A DNA stretch of 63,911 bases, filler included, from Pelomyxa schiedti (taxonomy: Eukaryota; Protista; Evosea), in the NCBI GenBank assembly GCA_020536535.1. It is 15 parts of 15 records of this genome, joined end to end, with 100 filler letters (N's around TTAATTAATTAA, not from the genome) between each part and the next. Parts side by side here need not be neighbours in the genome. Positions count along the whole stretch, not along the records: positions 1 to 4,908 come from JAHLWZ010000303.1; positions 5,009 to 9,301 come from JAHLWZ010001611.1; positions 9,402 to 10,412 come from JAHLWZ010003008.1; 12 more parts are not named here. The stretch is one strand, 5' to 3'. The position numbers were made by a program, and so were the translations under genes. Below are positions 1 through 10,512 of the stretch, piece after piece. Every line of letters starts with the position of its first letter. Positions within the stretch are counted from its first letter, which is position 1. The notes under the pieces are model-generated. The model was not told the DNA's origin. It saw only the letters and a program-made list of their open reading frames with translations, and ran no database searches.

Positions 1-268
1 TGACAGAGCACCAAACTACAGGGACATCCATGGCTGGACGACAGACGGCAAATGCATGAGGTTGCCACTGCTCACTCCTTCAACCTTTGCCACCAGTGGC
101 ATGGAGGAAGTGACACTGAGGTATGATCCACTCACACTCACGCTCACTGCAACGTGGCCACTCCACAGTGGAACCGAATCCCTTTGTGCCACAGTGAGAA
201 ATGTACCAAGGGGCCTGTATCCCGCCGTGACCATCATGCAACACAAAAACACCGTAAAGATAACATAA
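1..268 (+). CDS. SPRY/B30.2-like domain protein, 3' fragment (paralog of 1886-2591)
   Basis: Ends ..YRDIHGWTTDG..EEVTLRYDPLTLTLTATWP..ATVRNVPRGLYPAVTIMQHKNTVKIT*. This matches the SPRY C-terminal 'LYPAV' strand and aligns with the ORF at 1886-2591. Confidence 0.6.
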   Translation, partial: DRAPNYRDIHGWTTDGKCMRLPLLTPSTFATSGMEEVTLRYDPLTLTLTATWPLHSGTESLCATVRNVPRGLYPAVTIMQHKNTVKIT

Positions 269-310
269 AAACGAAAATGGAATTTGGAATGTTCCAAAAA
301 GAGTAAGGTT

Positions 311-1785
311 CTAATGACGCGGTACTGCCACAGTGTTTGAGGGGTCTTTGACGTCGACTTTGCTCTTGTGTATTTGGAATGCGGGAGTTTCCCACCAACT
401 GGGAAATTAAATGTGAGATAAGTGGTTTGTGGAAAGGGAGCGGAAAAAACAAAACCTGCAGGAGCATTGCATTCCATCCCACTGAAAAAGTGTATTCAGT
501 AGGTTAGGAAAAAAAGTAAAGGTTCAAAGGTGCAACCTTGAATGTGCCGATTCTCATGTGGCAATGTGGGCAATTCAGTTTGCCTTCCAACTCAGAGAGG
601 TCCGGCATCCACTTCTGTTCTGAGATGAAATATGACGTGCATGTGTTGGTTGAAATCCGGTTGGCCCTTGGTGATGTGAGTAAGTTTGGAAGAGGTACAG
701 GAAATGTTATGAACCCTTTCTTGTGCTGGAATGTCTTTTTCTTGTTATCAGTGCGCGATGCGGTAACGGGGGCATGGGCTATGACTGAATCTTCAGTGAA
801 CAGAAGGTGCCGGCATGTCTTGCACATGTACATCGTGGTTGCTGCCGTAGCAGAGGGTATTTCCGGATTTGAAGTTACCTCAGGTGCCAACTGAGGCGCT
901 GCAGGAGGTGGCATTGGCGTTGATGGAATTGCATCGGCCGTAACAGGGGTTTTCGCTTCTGTGGGAGCCTCGTTAATCAGTGCTGGAGTGATTGAAGGTG
1001 CGGTTTCTGAAGCGTTGTTATGCTGTGTCCGGGGTTCAACTACCTTCGCTACTGCTGTCTGGCTAGATTCGGGTGATTCATTTGTCACCAGTTTTGGTGT
1101 CGGTGTTGAGGCTGGTGTAGCGATTGGCGCTGTTAGAGGTGGTGTTGTCTCCGTTGGTGTAACTTGTGTGGGGGCCTGCGTGATAGCAGGGGAATGTTGT
1201 GTCGAAGTCACTGCATCTTTAGATACCGCTTGCGTGGATTTCGCAGGTTCCACAGAGACTGCAGCATTTTGTTCCACTGCAGCTGTTTGAGGAAGACAGT
1301 GAGAAAAGTCAAATGGAACTAACGACTCGTACCCGTAACTGCGGGCACCGTGGGATGTAATTTTTGATAATATGAGTGCAGCTGCGACATAAATCCATCG
1401 TTTGGTTGCACAACTGGCCGCGCATCATGTATCTTTGGGAGTTATGATATTAAGGGAAAGAATGTCTCCACTCAGAATCCACGAACCAGGCCAACGGCAT
1501 CTTCCACTGACACCTTTATCTTGTACATAAGATAGGCACTAACGATGGTTGCCGAACGCGAAATTCCATCTTGACTGTAGGATCTGTATTAAGCAAGATA
1601 TACTCCCAATTCGTTAAGCAAACCAGTGAACGAGGACCGCCCCATTGTTGCGGCCAGAGTCAATAAACTTGTTACATTTATCAAAATGCGCAAACGCGTT
1701 CTCAGTCTCTACATCAAGCAACTCCACCACTAGGTATTTAAACTGGAGTTCATGAACAACAACCATCAGAGAGAAAAGCATCACA
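311..1785 (-). CDS. DUSP12: Dual-specificity phosphatase YVH1/DUSP12, copy 1 (5' exon lost in N gap), multi-exon
   Basis: Spliced catalytic motif VLVHC-QDGISRSAT; QPNDGFMSQL; C-terminal zinc domain YMCKTCRHLLF..H..C..EGKLNCPHC..IGTFKWDGMQCSCSWWETPAFQIHKSKVD; stop at 311-313. Confidence 0.9.
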
Positions 1786-1885
1786 NNNNNNNNNNNNNNN
1801 NNNNNNNNNNNNNNNNNNNNNNNNNNNNNNNNNNNNNNNNNNNNNNNNNNNNNNNNNNNNNNNNNNNNNNNNNNNNNNNNNNNNN

Positions 1886-2591
1886 CACAGTTGCTGGTCA
1901 ACAGGCTTCTTCCACTTTGTTTTTTGGTGTGTCAATTCTAGTAAACGTCAACTCTAATGGCCCAAAAACAGAGGACCCATGGGAGTGGGACACAACGTGC
2001 TGTGGTTGGTTCCTTGACATACACAAAGATGACAAGTCCATAGTGAGCAAGTCCACTGGCAAGTCCAGGACATACACCCAATCAACAGTGATAGCCACAA
2101 CGCAGCTAGTTGGCGATCGCGTGCATGAGTGGCACCTCTCAATCTCTGGCCTCAGGGGTAAGCCCCATCAAAGCAAGCTCGTGGCCTTTGGCGTGATGCC
2201 CAAGCCACTCAACACCAAGGAACTACAGTACAGTGACATGTATGGATGGACAACAGACAACGACCAGCTGCGGGTGCCAGCGGGAGGAGTGAGAGGTTGG
2301 CCAGAGGGGAAAGAGCACGTGATACTGAGGTATGATCCGCGCACACTCACGCTCACTGCAAAGTGGCCAAAGTGGGTGTACTCGGATGGCCACACACAAC
2401 GTGAAACAGTGGCGAATGTGCCAAGTGGCTTGTATCCTGCCATCAGCATTTCTTACCCCAACACAGTAAGGATCTCTGCTGCCAATCATGGAAGGAAACA
2501 AACAAAACCTCTTCATCTTCCAAAAAGCCATTGGATGATGGTGGACAAAGAAAAGATGGTGGACAAAGAAAAACCAACACAAGAAGAATAA
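1886..2591 (+). CDS. SPRY/B30.2-like domain protein (5' end in gap)
   Basis: WEWD..VHEWHLSI..VAFGVMP..MYGWT..VILRYDPRTLTLT..VPSGLYPAISI pattern of SPRY beta-sandwich domains. Confidence 0.6.
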
Positions 2592-2652
2592 AAGAACGAT
2601 GGGCCAACCTAATAAAAGCTTGTTACCTACTAAAGTGGTTTGGAGAGTTGTT

Positions 2653-4335
2653 CTAGGACAAGGAATGACGAGGGACTGGTACAGTGTTTAAGGGGTCTTT
2701 GACGTCAACTTTGCTCTTGTGTATTTGGAATGCGGGAGTTTCCCACCAACTGGGAAATTAAAGGTAAGATAACTGGTTGTGGAAAAAACAAAACCTGCAG
2801 GAGCATTGCATTCCATCCCACTGAAAAGTGTATTCAGTAGTGAAGAAAAAAAAAGTAGGTGCAACCTTGAATGTGCCGATTCTCATGTGGCAATGTGGGC
2901 AATTCAGTTTGCCTTCCAACTCAGAGAGGTCCGGCATCCACTTCTGTTCTGTGATGAAATACGACGTGCATGTGTTGGTTGAAAGCCGGTTGGCCCTTGG
3001 TGATGTGAGTAAGTTTGGAAGAGGGACGGGAAATGTTATGAACCCTTTCTTGTGCTGGAATGTCTTTTTCTTGTTATCAGTGCGCGATGCGGTGATGGGG
3101 GCATGAGCTATGACTGAATCTTCAGTGAACAGAAGGTGCCGGCATGTTTTGCACATGTACATCGTGGTTGCTGCCGTAGCAGAGGGTATGTCCGAATTTG
3201 AAATGACCTCAGGTGCCAACTGAGGCACTGAAGGAGGTGGGATTGGCGTTGATGCTGATGCAAGTGCATCGGCCGTAACAGGGGTTTTCACTTCTGTGGG
3301 AGCCTCGCTAATCGGTGCTGGAGTGATTGAAGGTGCGGTTTCTGAAGCGTTGTTATGCTGTGTCTGGAGTTCAACTACCTTCGCTACTGCTGTGTTGCTA
3401 GATTCGGGTGGTTCATTTGTCACCAATTTTGGTGTAGGTGTTGATGCTGGTGTAGCGATTGGCGCTGTTAGAGGTGGTGTTGTCTCCGTTGGGATAACTT
3501 GTGTGGGGGCCTGGGTGATAGCAGGGGAATGTTGTGTCGAAGTCACTGCATCTTTAGATACCGCTTGCGTGGATTTCGCAGGTTCCACAGAGACTGCGGC
3601 ATTTTGTTCCACTGTAGCTGCTTGAGGAAGAAAGTTAGAAACGTCAAATAGACGACTCGTACCCGTAACTGCGGGCACCGTGGGATGTAATTTTAGATAA
3701 TATGAGTGCAGCTGCGACATAAATCCATCGTTTGGTTGCACAACTGGCCGCGCGTCATGTATCTTTGGGAGTTATGATATTAAGGGAAAGGATTTCTCCA
3801 CTCGGAATCCACGAACCAGGCCAACGGCATCTTCCACTGACACCTTTATCTTGTACATAAGATAGGCACTAACGATGGTTGCCGAACGTGAAATTCCATC
3901 TTGACTGTAGGATTGTATTAAGCAAGATATACCCGCAATTCTTAAGCAAACCAGTGAACGAGGACCGCCCCATTGTTGCGGCCAGAGTCAATAAACTTGT
4001 TACATTTATCAAAATGCGCAAATGCGTTCTCAGTCTCTACATCAAGCAACTCCACCACTAGGTATTTAAACTGGAGTTCATGAACAACAACCATCAGAGA
4101 CCAAACCATTACAAAACCACATTACAACAATGGAGAAAATAATAGAGACGGGAGAAAACCAAGAAAAACGAAGTGGCAAAGGTACACTAACAGAACGAAC
4201 CCTCTTTGGCCATTTTGGTACGATGTACGCTGCGGCCACGACGATGTGAGTGATTCCGTTCTTGTCCAACAGATCTTGGTCCTCGGACGACTTGTAGTCC
4301 CCAATGTACAGTCCCCCAAGCACCCGGTTCATCAT
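2653..4335 (-). CDS. DUSP12: Dual-specificity phosphatase YVH1/DUSP12, copy 2 (complete, ~8 exons)
   Basis: MMNRVLGGLYIGD..GITHIV.. / HCQDGISRSATIVSAYLM / QPNDGFMSQL / Pro-Thr-rich linker / zinc domain ending WDGMQCSCSWWETPAFQIHKSKVD; GT-AG introns; stop at 2653-2655. Confidence 0.93.
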
Positions 4336-4442
4336 CTATTCCGGTTTCGTAAAAATGGGATTTGATGGTTTTACGCGTCTGAGCGGGTTCAGTTAAATGT
4401 TGCTTGTACTCGAACATGAATGAGCAGAGTGAACATTGGTCC

Positions 4443-4513
4443 GTACGTTTAGTATAATGGTAGAATAGCCGATTGCCACAAGGCTGACGGGGGTTCGAAT
4501 CCTCCAGCGTGCG
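4443..4513 (+). tRNA. tRNA-Gly(GCC)-like gene with atypical anticodon stem
   Basis: Acceptor GTACGTT/AGCGTGC; A-box TAGTATAATGG; loop TT-GCC-AC; T-arm GGGGG-TTCGAAT-CCTCC; T6 terminator at 4518-4523. The anticodon stem has two mismatches (G:A, A:A). Confidence 0.7.
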
Positions 4514-4517
4514 GATC

Positions 4518-4523
4518 TTTTTT
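4518..4523 (+). terminator. RNA polymerase III oligo-T terminator of the tRNA-like gene
   Basis: TTTTTT starts 5 nt after the discriminator position. Confidence 0.6.
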
Positions 4524-4576
4524 GTTTCATCACAAACAAGAGAACAGCAAGAAGGCAGCACATATACGCGTGCGGA

Positions 4577-4834
4577 TGTACGACAACGGCGACAACCGAC
4601 CAGGGCTATGTACAACACGTGGCGGTGGTGTTAATAGGAGCGGGGGAGACCGACGCCAAGATCTTGGTGCTGGTGCTGGTGCTGCTGTTGTTGGTGGTGG
4701 TGGTAGTGGTGGTGGTTACGACGACGGGGGGGCGGGGGTTGGCCAGCAGGTCGCGTCGTTCGTGGCCAAGACCGCTGACTTCTTGGCCACGTACTTTGTG
4801 TCTGGGTCGCTGGACTCATCGTCTCGTGGTGGGG
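4577..4834 (+). CDS. Hypothetical protein, first exon (Gly-rich), truncated by contig end
   Basis: ATG at 4577, open GC-rich frame, GTATGT donor at ~4835. Confidence 0.4.
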
Positions 4835-4908
4835 TATGTGGGTGTTCCCTGCCAAAGCACCCCCACCCCCCCTCGCTGTATTGGTTTTTTTTTTTTTTTT
4901 TTTTTTTC

Positions 4909-5008
4909 NNNNNNNNNNNNNNNNNNNNNNNNNNNNNNNNNNNNNNNNNNNNTTAATTAATTAANNNNNNNNNNNNNNNNNNNNNNNNNNNNNNNNNNNN
5001 NNNNNNNN
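4909..5008. other. Artificial contig-joining spacer N44-TTAATTAATTAA-N44; also at 9302, 10413, 15239, 16862, 38978, 50007, 51820, 53088, 55978, 57604, 58870, 61019, 62732
   Basis: Identical 100-bp spacer with six-frame stop linker occurs 14 times, and genes are cut at its edges. Confidence 0.97.
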
Positions 5009-5589
5009 CAACTCTTGGATTCACGCTCCTTGACTTTTCACCAGTTCACCCCCGAAAACAGTGCGATCAGGTAACATGGTCTTTTTTTTTTCTTTATTCA
5101 ACAACACAACAATGCATATATCCTCCCTTTCCTCGCGAACCACTTTTCCCACATCATCCCACCAACAGCAACAGCAACAGCAACAACAACAACAACAACA
5201 AAAACAAAAAGGCGTGAAAATGCACATACCGCGACACAGACGTACCCCTTTGTTCTATCACCGCTGCAACCGGGGCTTGCTTGACCCCTGATGCCCGACG
5301 TCGGGCCTTGACCCCAACCCCCGCGCCGCTGTCCCATAATCCGCCACTCACTCACGTGCACTCGCTACACCTGCACGCACGGCATCCACCACCTCGTGGG
5401 TGCTGTGACATCATCCCCTTCGTATCTTTCATCCCCATCACTAACACGCCACCCAGAGACCGATGTGTGTGTTGTCTACTTGGACTGCAAATGCAAAGGA
5501 GTGATTGTGGGATGTTTGAAAGTTATTGTTGCGAGTGCAAGCGCCACTTCTTGTCTTTGCGTTAATTTAAATATTTCTCATTTTTTTAA

Positions 5590-6045
5590 ACAGGACGAGG
5601 TGCTTTTAAGTACACGATAATGGTCTCGGGCACATCATCCCCAAAAAAGACTTCCATCTAGATCTCATCAGAACTGGTCTTCCTCAAAGAAACGCTTCCC
5701 TCCTACTCTGGACACGTTGTGGAGAACCGCACAGGAATTCAGCCTCAGGACAACTGTCCCAATTGACCTGATAGGGGGTGGTATCAATACGCGGAAAGGA
5801 GTGTAACGGTTACCGTTTGGGGAAGCGAGCCGTTGCCGTTAATGGGTTAATGGCGCAGGTGTTGGTGTGAGTCAAGGACAACTTTGTGGCACAGTTCTGA
5901 CCACCGTTCTTCTTCTGAATTCTTTCTCTCTACAGTGCAAAGAAAAACCTGACTGGAACTCTCAAAGGTTATTGTATTTTTTTTTTTGCTAAACTTAAGT
6001 TTTTTTTCAGTGCATACAGGACACCAGTGGAATATACGGTAACTC
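5590..6045 (+). pseudogene. Highly decayed GH2 beta-galactosidase (LacZ-like) N-terminal remnant
   Basis: Ordered motif relics VENRTG (5719), LPFGEAS..*WVNGAGVGVSQ (5843), RSSSEF (5905), QDTSGIYG (6017) match GH2 ENPTG / FEGVDS..WVNG..VGYSQD / RLPSEFD / QDMW..SGIFR; stops and frameshifts present. Confidence 0.5.
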
Positions 6046-6239
6046 GTGTGTCGCGAAAGTGGAAGTGTTGATAAAACTATCTCTGTGGCAACTGTCTAGT
6101 ACTGCTAACCTTTCTATCGTCGTAGATAATATTAGTGCTCAAGTTATCTTGGAACTTTTTCCTGAGTATACTTACCTAGTGAAAACAGTCTTCGAGGTTG
6201 CGCTCTCTAACACCGGAAAAACTCTCCTTGTGGTTTAGA

Positions 6240-6760
6240 GGCGAGCCTTGATTAAACATCCGAGCATAGATTTCCCCTTACGTAATACCGGCGATGAGGC
6301 AGGTTATCTCTTGAAAAGAAAAGTACTCACCTCATGGAGTAGAGTGAATTCTGTTCTGTTTTCCCTGACATTCACTTATGGCACAATAATGCACCCTTGC
6401 TACCTTTCCGAAGTGCTGTTATATGCGATCAGCACTGAAACCTCGTAACTTTGATGGAATACTTCACGCAACCAAACCTCACCTCTTTCGGTATTACCAA
6501 TTGCCCAGTTGAGCCAATCGGTGCACGAAAACGATGAACCGGTCCTCATCGATGGAGCACACGCTTCTTGGTAATGCAGATATCGATTTGCAGGCACTAG
6601 ATGGCCGACTATTATCCCCAAATACCCCCAAGTGCTGTGCCACATAGAAACTCACAAATTTCAGGTGGCTCTTTTATTAAAGGGTCTTCTTGTGGTAAAG
6701 ACAAAATCTACAGTACAACTGTATGTACTCAGAATGACTTCGTGAAAAGATTGGAGTCTA
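6240..6760 (+). pseudogene. Decayed PLP-dependent class V aminotransferase (cysteine desulfhydrase/isopenicillin-N-epimerase-like)
   Basis: RVNSVLFSL..TYGTI; VLPIAQL..PVLIDGAHA (6551), then frameshift, LGNADIDLQALD, frameshift, ADYY..NTPK|intron|WLF..FLW. Multiple frameshifts and stops; intron retained. Confidence 0.65.
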
Positions 6761-7006
6761 GCATTGATTGGTGCTAAAATTCCCAACCAATGACCTGACA
6801 CTACTCCAGGCCTTATCAATCAGGTCACAGTCTTATCATTTTCATTCTATCACGTGGAGCTTATTGAACAACACACCAAGGCCCCCGTTTCGAGTTTTAT
6901 TCTCTCTTCCTCAGATCTGCTATCTGATGAGCCAATTAATGCCGGTTTTTTTTTCCCCTTTTGGGAAGGGAAGAAAAAAATAAACCCTGCCTGCATTACT
7001 TGTCGC

Positions 7007-9219
7007 ATGTCGTTGCAGGCGTGCACGCGGGAAAGTAAGGGGTTCGCGAACATCTGTGGGGAGAACAACTGCTTCCTCAACTCGGTGCTGCAGTGCCTCA
7101 TGCGATGCCAGGGCTTCGTCGCCTCCATGACCCCGGACCCGCCCCTGCGCCACACGTGCCCGGACACCGCCCTCGACGGCGGCGGCGCGGCGGCGACGAG
7201 GGGGACGACGACGACTACGATGCGGAGGACGGGGTCAATGGGCATGGGCATGGGGATGGACGTGGACCCTGAGGGGATGGGCATGGGCACGGGCACGGGG
7301 ATGGGCATGGGCACGGGCACGGGGACGGGCACGAGCACGGGCACGGGGACTTGGACTGGGTGCATGGGCGTGGGCGGTGGCGGTGGTGATGTATGTGGCG
7401 GGCCTCGGGGGGGCTTGCGGTGTATCTTCTGCGCGTTCCAGGTGAGACGTGATTTCGGCCTTTCCTTTTTTTTTTCGTCTGTTGCAAGCCGGTGGATGTG
7501 ACTTATGGGTTGCAGGCTTTGCTTCATGAGTATCAGTTTGGCGACGAGGCAGTTTTGAATGCAAATAGGCTTCGTGTGGCCTTGGGCCACGCAAACTCAG
7601 AGTTCGAGGAACACCAGTATGTAAGTATCACAACATTTTTTTTCGTAGTCTTACTAACATCGCTCATTTTGTAAATTTTAGGCTGATGCTGCAGAGGTGT
7701 TGGTATGGAGACTTTCTTTCTGGCACTTTCCATATCCATCTGCAGTGGATAATTGACATGATGTAGGATACTCTTTTAACCAAACTTCATGAATGTATTA
7801 CACCAGAACCGGTTGTTCCCTGCTGTCCCCCAGTGCGGTTCTTTGGACTGTCGGCACACAAGCAATGCTCTAAATGCAGGGCCTCTCTCGTGGAGAGTGA
7901 AACAGCATTTAACATTAGGGTGCACTCAAATCCAGACCAGTGTGTATATTTTCCAATTGTTCCAACAGTCTCCTCACACTGCAGAAGAACCATGGGCCCG
8001 GCATTTATCGAATCGTACATCCGAGCATCTTTAGAAGAAGGGGCAACCTATTGCAAGGTTTGATTTTCTCACTCAATCCATATGCTTAAGAGAACAAGAC
8101 ATGTGGCAACTCTGCAGCGCCGCAGCATGTTCTCATTCGGAGTCCACAATACTTAGTAGTACACGTTGTACATCCACCCAACTCTTCTTGTGTGCTTTCT
8201 CAATTTTAAGCTGCATCATTGTTAACTAACAACCTGCAGCTGAATCCTTTCTCACTCGGTTGTGTGACCCACTCGATCTCAAATCTGTTTATGGCCTAGC
8301 CGAATCTGATATTTTTATCCTGAAGGGTGTTGCATGTGCTTATATAAATCACTATGTCAGCATTGTTTCTGCTGGTGCAGGGTGGTATCTTCATGATGAT
8401 TCCTTGCGGAAGGAGGTTGGTGACCTGCACGATGTGGTGCATTACATGGGACGAAATACATATAAACCGGTGCTGTTATTTTACCAAAAATCCAGCAGTC
8501 AGCACATAACTCGAACGAGAGAGCCTGAAAGCGCCGGACACACTCAGACTTCATTTGCACATAGAAACCGTGATTATACATCTCCACTGCGAACTTCACT
8601 TACCCAACATCTCGAGTCGCCATCACTTAGACAACATCACCCTTTTTCACAGACACCCCACTTTTCATCACAGCAAAGTTATTTCCCTCCTCCACCAGAG
8701 CCACAATACCTTGGTCTGTCTCCCTCAGTTTACCATTCAGAGGCAAAGCAGCCCCGTGATGAACCCACACAATTGAGGGAAAACTCATTAGGCCTTTGGA
8801 ACACACCGCTTCACTACCCATCTGCAGAGTACAACACCATTACACCTCCAGCACAGCCTGTCTATCAACCACTCCAATACAATGGGTTGTGGATGCCCCC
8901 GCAAGCACTCACAAGTCCCCCAGTGATTCATTACAACCACCAAACACACAGTGAAGAACCCAAGCCTTACACATGTGAACCCACAGCTCCAGTAACGCAG
9001 GCTACGCCATCTAATAATGCGATCTCCATTGGGTCCTACGTCAAGAACCTCGTAGAGTCGTGGAAACCGGTGATGTGGGCTTTTGTGACGGGATTGTTTA
9101 GCTGGCAGCAGCAACCACAAGCAACACCACCGCAACGCCAACCGGAGCCGCTGCCACTTCCCCCGCCACCCCAACCACATCTGCATATTACCCCAATTAC
9201 CCCCCCCCCAGCAGACTAG
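7007..9219 (+). CDS. Ubiquitin-specific protease, USP53/USP54-like (peptidase C19), multi-exon, Pro/Gln-rich C-tail
   Basis: Cys box KGFANICGENNCFLNSVLQCL; CIFCAFQ; LRVAL; ADAAEV; His box YINHYVSIV..WYLHDD..KEVG..YKPVLLFYQK. Confidence 0.85.
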
Positions 9220-9401
9220 GCAGTATAAAATGCCAAACAGACACCCGTTCGCACGTCCAACCGGACCTTACGCCCGAACCACCTCCGCGCAACAAACATT
9301 CNNNNNNNNNNNNNNNNNNNNNNNNNNNNNNNNNNNNNNNNNNNNTTAATTAATTAANNNNNNNNNNNNNNNNNNNNNNNNNNNNNNNNNNNNNNNNNNN
9401 N

Positions 9402-9677
9402 ACCGGGAATCATGCACTTCAAGCTGCCCCTGGGCATGAATCCCTTGAACAACCACATGTCCCACATTCTCCACATAGCAAACATTCTGGCATGGCTGCA
9501 ATTCCCTGGAATCTGTCAAGCAGACCCTAAATATGATGTGGCATGCCACCACAACACCGCAATCCATGGAACTCTGGCTAAATTCCCTGAAGTTACTTCT
9601 AACACTCCTAACTCTGCTAAAACTGCTGCCAGGAATTTCCTTGCTTGGCGAACGTATGAACTGAAAAAAAAAAAAAA
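9402..9677 (+). mobile_element. Possible 3' end of a non-LTR retroelement with A-tail
   Basis: CpG-poor reading frame (..VACH..HGTL..AARNFLAWR) running into an A-tract at 9664-9677; similarity weak. Confidence 0.25.
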
Positions 9678-9951
9678 TCGGTTTGATCACAAGCAGTGTA
9701 CTCTTTGGTTTTTATTCAAAATAATCTCTGTTTAAGCTCAAAGCATCATTAATTGCTGTGAGAATCAGATTAAGTGGGGTTAGGAAGAATCGTTGGAAGG
9801 TTTTTTTTTCTTTAATTTTTAATTATTTAAATTAAATTAACAACTAGACCTCACCCTCCAAGAAGGAAGAGCAAGGGAAGAACACCAAGGCAAGTTCCTC
9901 AGCTGATGGCCCCCCCAAAAAACACCCGAAGTCATTGACCCGATGGACACC

Positions 9952-10022
9952 AAAAAAAAAAAGCTTCCGGTGGGAATCGAACCCTGTTTTTCCGCTTTCC
10001 GGTACGGTGTCTTTACGGAACT
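9952..10022 (-). ncRNA. Degenerate tRNA-like / B-box element with T11 terminator
   Basis: Minus strand: AGTTCCG..CCGT-ACCGGAAA-GCGG..GGG-TTCGATT-CCC-AC-CGGAAGC-T11. Perfect B-box GGTTCGATTCC, partial acceptor stem, no D-arm. Confidence 0.4.
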
Positions 10023-10139
10023 GCACTGTGTTTCAACGACCACACCAAACCTAGAGGGGCCCCTGGACACAACCGAGGAATATCGTAAGATGGTTGTGTA
10101 GAGAATTAATCGCTGTGAGTGTTCCTAAACAACATGTTC

Positions 10140-10412
10140 AAGCTCCATCACATCAAACCCAGCACCGATGGACAAAAAATGGACCTTGGATCCTAATGTC
10201 AACAAAGCAGTGGGTTCCATGTCTCCTCACAAAAGAAAACCACATCCCACGGAGCTAAATAGTGGAGAAGTGTGGTGCATGCCCAGATACTGAAACCAAG
10301 ACCCACCTTCAACACAGGAACTTCATGACTCATTGGTAGTTAGGAAATACCCATACTGCCACTTTATAGAGACTCTAGATATCTCCTTCAAGAGAGCACA
10401 GCTTGGGGCTTG
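10140..10412 (+). mobile_element. Non-LTR retrotransposon relic (zf-RVT-like knuckle)
   Basis: EKCGACPDTETKTH (C-x2-C..ET-x2-H) at ~10265-10310 in CpG-poor, frame-disrupted sequence. Confidence 0.35.
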
Positions 10413-10512
10413 NNNNNNNNNNNNNNNNNNNNNNNNNNNNNNNNNNNNNNNNNNNNTTAATTAATTAANNNNNNNNNNNNNNNNNNNNNNNNNNNNNNNN
10501 NNNNNNNNNNNN

